DNA from: a virus
Taxonomy: Duplodnaviria > Caudoviricetes
IMG/VR virus record: IMGVR_UViG_3300030376_004181
Span: 1 to 40,660 of that record
Strand: one strand, 5' to 3'
DNA length: 40,660 nucleotides
Both the position numbers and the translations under genes were made by a program. This document shows positions 7,242 to 12,004 of this stretch, piece after piece. Below the pieces are notes generated by a model. It saw only the letters and a program-made list of their open reading frames with translations. It made no database searches and had not been told where the DNA came from. The number at the start of each line of letters is the position of its first letter. The stretch's first letter is position 1.

Positions 7242-7418
7242 TTAGCATTCTTGTACGTCAAGAACCATAGTTGATGTGTGCATAGCATGATCGTAAGCAT
7301 CATTAATAGTTGCTTCGCTCTCAGCCATGTCACGTGCATCGTAATCATTATTTGCCTCAACTTCTACCCACTCGTCATCCTCGTAGATGTGGTTGAGATG
7401 TACTTTGTACGTTGCCAT
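7242..7418 (-). CDS. 58-aa acidic early protein (not in the ORF track)
   Basis: Hand translation MATYKVHLNHIYEDDEWVEVEANNDYDARDMAESEATINDAYDHAMHTSTMVLDVQEC; AAAGAAGGAAAAG RBS. Confidence 0.75.
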   Translation of the reverse strand: MATYKVHLNHIYEDDEWVEVEANNDYDARDMAESEATINDAYDHAMHTSTMVLDVQEC

Positions 7419-7436
7419 TATCTTTTCCTTCTTTCC

Positions 7437-7487
7437 GTGCCTTATCTAAGCACTGAGAAAGACACCTTACGATGTCCAACCCACAAC
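7437..7487 (-). ncRNA. intergenic structured motif, family B copy 1
   Basis: GUUG UGGG UU GGACAUC GUAA GGUGUCU UU CUCA GUGC..GCAC, then SD; covaries with 9618..9669. Confidence 0.7.
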
Positions 7488-7766
7488 TTAGAACGATGAG
7501 TTATCAAATAAGTATTCTTCAGTTTGAAAACCATTCGCCATGACAAATTCTTTTATCTCTGACTTCAAATAAATGTTGCTTTTATTTTTTTCAATTACCG
7601 GAGTAGGAAATCCACGACCATCATATCGTCGCCTCCAATTATTAACTCTTTGGTCAGTAGTTGTATAATAATCAGCGACATCACGCAAATTCCATAACTC
7701 ATCCTTACATTGTTCTAAGAATCTGCGTATGTCGTTGTCATCGCTTGGTGTGTAGTATTTAACCAT
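7488..7766 (-). CDS. AlpA/Xis/MerR-like helix-turn-helix protein
   Basis: LWNLRDVADYY...VNNWRRR..GFPTPV...IYLKSEIKEF pattern. Confidence 0.65.
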   Translation of the reverse strand: MVKYYTPSDDNDIRRFLEQCKDELWNLRDVADYYTTTDQRVNNWRRRYDGRGFPTPVIEKNKSNIYLKSEIKEFVMANGFQTEEYLFDNSSF

Positions 7767-7782
7767 ATCTTCCTTCTTTCTT

Positions 7783-7830
7783 TCTGATGCTTACTTAACA
7801 TCCTAGAGCACACCCTGCGATGTGCTCCGA
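7783..7830 (-). ncRNA. intergenic structured motif, family A copy 1
   Basis: UCGGAGCACA-loop-UGUGCUCU AG GAUG..CAUC AGA immediately before the SD. Confidence 0.75.
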
Positions 7831-7834
7831 GTTA

Positions 7835-8374
7835 TTAACTAGCTAACTCTGCTCTTTTCTTTTCCATCAAAGCATTAAACTCACGCTTATTATACGAAGT
7901 TGCATTAGTTGATAGACCAATACGACGCTCCAAATCTTCACGGGTAACTTCCCGATGAATTTGTTTTTCAAACTTGAGTTCATCCTCATTGAATTGCAAG
8001 TAATAGAACTTAACATACCCGCCATACCCAGAATCTATAAACATTTCAATTCTGCGCATCCATTCGTTAATGTTGCTCTCTTTGATAACGTTAAGCCCGA
8101 CTGTCATCGTCATCCATACAATACTTTGAGTGACGTTGTGCTCTATCCACGTATTAATACGGGACAGGAACAGCCCTAGCTCTTGCTCGTTGTCTTTGTC
8201 TGGAAGTGGACCCCATTGTGCATCACCTAGTGATGACAGTTGGACCTCTTCAATAACAAAGCCAGACGAATCTTTAACTTTGAATACCGGATATTCTGTG
8301 TCGCCTATGTAGGCTGTTGCACAGGATATTTCCGAGTAGTCAGAGACATTCGCTACTGACCAATTAAATGGCAT
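7835..8374 (-). CDS. hypothetical early protein
   Basis: 179-aa ORF with AGAAAGAAGGAAAAG RBS, bounded by family A motifs. Confidence 0.85.
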   Translation of the reverse strand: MPFNWSVANVSDYSEISCATAYIGDTEYPVFKVKDSSGFVIEEVQLSSLGDAQWGPLPDKDNEQELGLFLSRINTWIEHNVTQSIVWMTMTVGLNVIKESNINEWMRRIEMFIDSGYGGYVKFYYLQFNEDELKFEKQIHREVTREDLERRIGLSTNATSYNKREFNALMEKKRAELAS

Positions 8375-8388
8375 ATCTTTTCCTTCTT

Positions 8389-8439
8389 TCTGATGTTCCT
8401 AGCGAACATCCTAGAACGCACCCTTACGATGCGCTCCGA
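8389..8439 (-). ncRNA. intergenic structured motif, family A copy 2
   Basis: Compensatory change GCGCA/UGCGU in stem 1; stem 2 GAUGUUC/GAACAUC. Confidence 0.75.
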
Positions 8440-8447
8440 GCTATTAG

Positions 8448-8744
8448 CTAGTCCCATAACGTTGCTCCGCACGCTTCGCATGCGTAGTCATCGTCATCGT
8501 ATGGAGGATGGTCACAATCCGTATCAAAATCAGTGGAATAGCATAGAAATTTATTGTTATCTTTAGGGTTAGGATGCAACCATCCGTTACCGTTATTGAT
8601 AGTTAAATATTTTTCAATAGTTTTTATGCTATGACTTCTACAGACATCAATAGTTTGTGACCCCACATGTGCGACTTCTTCATCACAAGTCCATAGGGAA
8701 CCCATCAACGTTGTATACGTTTCTATTCGTCTACCTTTAGCCAT
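8448..8744 (-). CDS. hypothetical Cys-containing early protein
   Basis: Start MAKGRR at 8744 after SD; CDHPPYDDDDYACEACGATL C-terminus. Confidence 0.8.
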   Translation of the reverse strand: MAKGRRIETYTTLMGSLWTCDEEVAHVGSQTIDVCRSHSIKTIEKYLTINNGNGWLHPNPKDNNKFLCYSTDFDTDCDHPPYDDDDYACEACGATLWD

Positions 8745-8757
8745 TATCTTCCTTCTT

Positions 8758-8812
8758 TCTGACACCACCTAGTTAGTTGGCATCCTAGAACACACCCTGC
8801 GATGTGCTCCGA
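8758..8812 (-). ncRNA. intergenic structured motif, family A copy 3
   Basis: Stem 2 GAUGCCA/UGGUGUC is maintained by G-U pairs on the minus strand. Confidence 0.75.
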
Positions 8813-8820
8813 CATAACAA

Positions 8821-9138
8821 CTAAACGTTATATATTTCTTCTATGAAATCTTTGAAATTATTAGTCACATTCTTATTGACTTCAATAGTTTCCTTACGAT
8901 TACCGCTATGATCTACGCCCCAACTATGGAACAATTCTGCCATAGGATACCGGCTATCTACAGTAAATCTAACTGTAGGTCCACCATACGTAATAAGAAA
9001 CTCACAAATATAATCTTGATTACATGCCTCATTCGTTATGCTCCGCTCGGTAAATAGCCGAACTTCTAAGCAATCAAATTCGCTTAAATCTTGGTGTTCA
9101 CTTTCAAAGTGATCCCGATATTCAAATATGTTTTCCAT
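8821..9138 (-). CDS. hypothetical early protein
   Basis: Start MENIF at 9138 after SD; LITYGGPTVRF...SWG motif. Confidence 0.8.
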   Translation of the reverse strand: MENIFEYRDHFESEHQDLSEFDCLEVRLFTERSITNEACNQDYICEFLITYGGPTVRFTVDSRYPMAELFHSWGVDHSGNRKETIEVNKNVTNNFKDFIEEIYNV

Positions 9139-9153
9139 TATCTTTCCCTTCTT

Positions 9154-9199
9154 TCTGATGCTTAGCATCCTAGAACACACACTGTCGCATGTGCTCCGA
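9154..9199 (-). ncRNA. intergenic structured motif, family A copy 4
   Basis: UCGGAGCACAUGC GACA GUGUGUGUUCU AG GAUGC UAA GCAUC AGA. Confidence 0.75.
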
Positions 9200-9208
9200 G
9201 CTGTTAAG

Positions 9209-9364
9209 CTACTTAACTTTCTTAAGTATCTCCGCTAACTTGTCTAATGTTTCTTTGTCCATATTATTAACGGCATCAAGGTTAATCGTCTGGTTCCATT
9301 GTTTACGGAACTCATCACCTGATTCATCGGGATTACTAATTCCCATAATTTCTATACTTGGCAT
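9209..9364 (-). CDS. 51-aa early protein
   Basis: Start MPSIE at 9364 after SD. Confidence 0.7.
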   Translation of the reverse strand: MPSIEIMGISNPDESGDEFRKQWNQTINLDAVNNMDKETLDKLAEILKKVK

Positions 9365-9381
9365 TATCTTCCTTCTTTCTT

Positions 9382-9431
9382 TTTGATGTTTACTTAACAT
9401 CCTAGAACACATGCTTGCACATGTGCTCCGA
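9382..9431 (-). ncRNA. intergenic structured motif, family A copy 5
   Basis: GGAGCACAUG..GCAA..CAUGUGUUCU AG GAUGUU..AACAUC. Confidence 0.75.
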
Positions 9432-9435
9432 GATA

Positions 9436-9603
9436 TCAACTATCTACAGTTACCCGAATAGTTTTATTGAAGGGAATCCAACCTTCACGCCTAGCCTTAT
9501 TCATATAGTAAATTTCAGTAAGCATAAACAATCCGTAGCCTTTTGTTTTCTCTTCAAGTTGTTCCCACCATTCAATAGTTTTACCTTCAAACATAGGTCC
9601 CAT
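9436..9603 (-). CDS. small early protein
   Basis: Start MGPMF after SD AGAAAGAAGGAAG. Confidence 0.7.
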   Translation of the reverse strand: MGPMFEGKTIEWWEQLEEKTKGYGLFMLTEIYYMNKARREGWIPFNKTIRVTVDS

Positions 9604-9617
9604 CATCTTCCTTCTTT

Positions 9618-9669
9618 CTAGTGCACTAGGCACTAGGAAAGGCACTATTTCTAATGCCCAACCTACAAC
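9618..9669 (-). ncRNA. intergenic structured motif, family B copy 2
   Basis: GUUG UAGG UU GGGCAUUA GAAA UAGUGCCU UU CCUA GUGC..GCAC; GNRA loop. Confidence 0.7.
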
Positions 9670-9882
9670 CTAGACAATTATGCAACCCGTCTGTCCGCAT
9701 CCTAGTTGCTCAAATGTTTCCGATTGGAAATATTCAACAACATCTTTACGCACAAGTTGGTATAGCGGTAAATCAATTGGCGCTTCTATGTCATAATTAT
9801 CTGCCCATTCTTTAACCTTTACGGTTACCGTGATGGGAATAAGGATTGTCATAGTGCCATCCTTAATGTTTAAATCGCTCAT
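9670..9882 (-). CDS. hypothetical early protein
   Basis: SD AGAAAGAAGGAAG; cassette arrangement. Confidence 0.75.
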   Translation of the reverse strand: MSDLNIKDGTMTILIPITVTVKVKEWADNYDIEAPIDLPLYQLVRKDVVEYFQSETFEQLGCGQTGCIIV

Positions 9883-9896
9883 TATTCTTCCTTCTT

Positions 9897-9942
9897 TCTG
9901 ATGCAGTTAGCATCTTAGAGCACACCTCACGATGTGCTCCGA
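9897..9942 (-). ncRNA. intergenic structured motif, family A copy 6
   Basis: UCGGAGCACAUC GUGA GGUGUGCUCU AA GAUGC..GCAUC AGA. Confidence 0.75.
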
Positions 9943-9954
9943 GATAATAACTAT

Positions 9955-10158
9955 CTATCCCCCGTATGGTCCTGCCCAATTTGGACCAGTCATATTTTTA
10001 AATTCGCCGGTGCCTAATTGGGTTACACCGTTAAACCTTCGGTCACGCTCCCACCGTAGCGCTTTATGCGCTTGACGATTACGGAGACGCTCTAATCGTA
10101 ACTGATTAAGTTCACGGTCACGGCGTGCTTTACGTAACTTACGTTTGTACTCTTCCAT
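9955..10158 (-). CDS. Arg-rich first early protein
   Basis: Start MEEYKRK at 10158; its SD lies inside hammerhead stem III. Confidence 0.7.
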   Translation of the reverse strand: MEEYKRKLRKARRDRELNQLRLERLRNRQAHKALRWERDRRFNGVTQLGTGEFKNMTGPNWAGPYGG

Positions 10159-10162
10159 GTTG

Positions 10163-10219
10163 CCTTCTTTCTGCATCCCTTACGGGTGCTCATCAGTGTG
10201 GTCAATTCCACAGAGAAGG
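10163..10219 (-). ncRNA. type III hammerhead-like ribozyme (variant core)
   Basis: CCUUC-UC/UGUGG-AAUUGA-CCACA-CUGAUGA-GCACCC-GUAA-GGGAUGC-A-GAAA-GAAGG: stems I-III and core present; one extra A before GAAA. Confidence 0.7.
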
Positions 10220-10229
10220 AAAGAAAGAT

Positions 10230-10500
10230 TCTTATTTATCCTTAGGTCCATACGGACTCCATCGGTGGTATACCGGCAGGTACCGGCTAAGCGATTATAC
10301 TAGGGCTTTCTATCCATCATCACGGTGGAACCTTCCCTTTAATATCCCTTTTTCTCATCAGGATAAAAGACTCGCATATTTTGGGGACTTTCAACCCTAT
10401 GGAAGATTTCTTTTACTAGCCGGATGTCTCCGCTTTACCTTCCTTTTCCTGACCCCTACCTCAGGGCTTGAGTTGATCCGGTTTCTGTTTCAACTTCAGT
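10230..10500 (-). ncRNA. long structured leader/ncRNA upstream of the hammerhead
   Basis: No credible ORF; four long-range 7-8 bp helices with minus-strand G-U pairs, plus local hairpins. Confidence 0.55.
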
Positions 10501-10641
10501 AATAGTAACGATAGCGCTATATGGGTCATAAATGGTGTCACATACCATGATTTAAACAGATACCGCTATCTAAAAAACAGATGGTTAACCGGACCGATTC
10601 ACCTAGCATAGATTTAAAAATGATGCAAATCAGGCTAAAAG

Positions 10642-10678
10642 CGAACATACGTTCGTAAAAAAAGCGAACATACGTTCG
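10642..10678. promoter_or_regulatory. tandem LexA (SOS) boxes, Gram-positive type
   Basis: CGAACATACGTTCG at 10642-10655 and 10665-10678; matches CGAAC-N4-GTTCG. Confidence 0.7.
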
Positions 10679-10689
10679 TAAAATAGACC

Positions 10690-10786
10690 CTCTCAGATGC
10701 TCTATATGGCGTTTAAATGATTATTTAGTACCGCAGTATCCCCAAAAAAAACGAGGCTGTGAGAGCCGTCATATAGCGTCTCAGAG
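10690..10786. repeat. imperfect long inverted repeat
   Basis: CTCTCAGATGCTCTATATGGCG ... CGTCATATAGCGTCTCAGAG. Confidence 0.5.
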
Positions 10787-10836
10787 TAAATCCATATTTA
10801 TGCAGTCGGGTGAATAAATATACACGACCACCACCG

Positions 10837-10880
10837 ATCTAATGACAACCATTAAAACCAATCTAATGAACCCCATTAAA
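10837..10880. repeat. 20-bp direct repeat of a palindromic operator-like site
   Basis: ATCTAATGACAACCATTAAA and ATCTAATGAACCCCATTAAA; each contains TAATG-N5-CATTA. Confidence 0.7.
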
Positions 10881-10913
10881 TATAAAGTCTAACCCTCTAC
10901 CTTAGGTTTAGGG

Positions 10914-10942
10914 CGAACGTACGTTCGGCGAACATATGTTCG
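10914..10942. promoter_or_regulatory. second pair of LexA (SOS) boxes
   Basis: CGAACGTACGTTCG at 10914-10927 and CGAACATATGTTCG at 10929-10942. Confidence 0.7.
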
Positions 10943-11000
10943 GTTTAGATGACTTAACGGGGTAAGTGCCTTGATACCCCCCCCTCCTCTGTGTATATAC

Positions 11001-11104
11001 GGTGTTTTGGGGGTTTTGGTTTAGTGGTTTGTGTGTTGTGGGGGTGTTTTTTTGTGTGTGTTTGGGTGTTTTGTTTGTTGGTGTTTGGTTGATTTGTTTT
11101 GGGG
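11001..11104 (+). other. G/T-only low-complexity tract, candidate genome terminus/packaging region
   Basis: About 100 nt almost free of A and C, after a C-run and just upstream of the terminase operon. Confidence 0.45.
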
Positions 11105-11378
11105 CGTAGTTTCCCTTGGGAACCTCCCAAGCATTGGGGTTGCTTTGACCTTGTAATCGCTTTGTCCTGTGCGTTACGCCCCTGTGCGCTCATTTCCTTT
11201 TTGCGTTGTCACAGGGGACCGTTACCCTTCTGACGGGTGACTCACCGAGGGTTAGTCGGGCGCTGCTTACAGGCGGTGTTGTGGTTGGTCAAGGGTCCAC
11301 AATCCCCTTTTTGTTTTTAGGTATGGGTTAGGATACCCTTTCGGGTATTTAGTTACAACATGGTGTTGGGAGTTTTTT

Positions 11379-11477
11379 GTGTTTTGTGAAGATTTTGATG
11401 AAATAGTTGATGATGTTGATGATGAGCTGCTAGAGTGTGGCTTAGAAAATCCTGACATTTGTGAGAGTTGTCAGTAA
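11379..11477 (+). CDS. 32-aa acidic peptide ending CGLENPDICESCQ
   Basis: Hand translation from GTG after GGGAG: MFCEDFDEIVDDVDDELLECGLENPDICESCQ. Confidence 0.6.
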   Translation: MFCEDFDEIVDDVDDELLECGLENPDICESCQ

Positions 11478-11487
11478 GGAGAGTATT

Positions 11488-11580
11488 ATGCCATACGGTA
11501 AGGGTACATACGGTAGTAAGGTTGGTAGACCACCTAAGAAAAAAAATGGTGGTAAGAAAAAGAAAAGGAAAAAAATGTAA
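11488..11580 (+). CDS. 30-aa basic peptide with AT-hook-like GRPPK
   Basis: MPYGKGTYGSKVGRPPKKKNGGKKKKRKKM; AAGGAG RBS. Confidence 0.7.
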   Translation: MPYGKGTYGSKVGRPPKKKNGGKKKKRKKM

Positions 11581-11714
11581 TGGCTAAATCTGGTTTGTAT
11601 GCAAATATTCATAAGCGCAGAAAAAGCGGTAAACCTATGCGTAAAAAAGGTCAGAAAGGTGCTCCTACTGACGCTGCTTTTAGAAAAGCTAAAAGGACTG
11701 CAAAGAAAAAGTAA
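11580..11714 (+). CDS. 44-aa basic peptide
   Basis: MAKSGLYANIHKRRKSGKPMRKKGQKGAPTDAAFRKAKRTAKKK; TAATG coupling on both sides. Confidence 0.7.
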   Translation: MAKSGLYANIHKRRKSGKPMRKKGQKGAPTDAAFRKAKRTAKKK

Positions 11715-12004
11715 TGGCTAAGAAAAAAGATTCTCGTTTAGCTAAAATTGGTGTATCTAAATATAACCAAGTTAAGCGCACGCCTAATCATCCTACGAAG
11801 TCGCATGTTGTTGTGGCTAAGGGTAAGGGTTGTGAGAACGGTAAGGTTATTCGTTTTGGTCAGCAGGGTGTTAAGGGTGCTGGTAAGAATCCTAAAACAG
11901 CTAAAGAAAAAGCTCGGCGTAAAGCATTTAAAGCTCGTCATGCAAAGAATATATCTAAAGGGGTTTGTTCTGCTGCATATTGGGCTAACAAGACTAAGTG
12001 GTAA
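11714..12004 (+). CDS. basic hypothetical phage protein
   Basis: Lys/Arg-rich; RFGQQG..RRKAFKARH..SAAYWANKTKW. Confidence 0.8.
   Translation: MAKKKDSRLAKIGVSKYNQVKRTPNHPTKSHVVVAKGKGCENGKVIRFGQQGVKGAGKNPKTAKEKARRKAFKARHAKNISKGVCSAAYWANKTKW

Noticed and set aside
7088-7360. 90-aa minus-strand ORF from the track
   Set aside because: The alternative frame 7242..7418 has the conserved SD and cassette position; this ORF runs through a structured intergenic region.
7437-9942. Repeats as a CRISPR array with the Cas4-like gene
   Set aside because: The intervening sequences are whole ORFs of about 150-540 bp, the repeats vary internally, and there is no cas1/cas2; stand-alone Cas4-like nucleases are common in phages.
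7783-9942. Plus-strand CTGATG in family A motifs as hammerhead cores
   Set aside because: Not followed by A, no GAAA partner, and the bases form stem 2; G-U pairs favour the minus strand.
10355-10361. Second minus-strand CUGAUGA as another hammerhead
   Set aside because: It lies in a UAUCC/GGAUA hairpin with no stem II or correctly placed GAAA.
10125-10502. 125-aa plus-strand ORF
   Set aside because: No RBS, atypical composition, and antisense to the structured leader and first early gene.
10954-11458. Minus-strand ORFs 10954..11193 and 11267..11458
   Set aside because: By-products of the G/T tract and of the plus-strand acidic peptide; low-complexity translations.
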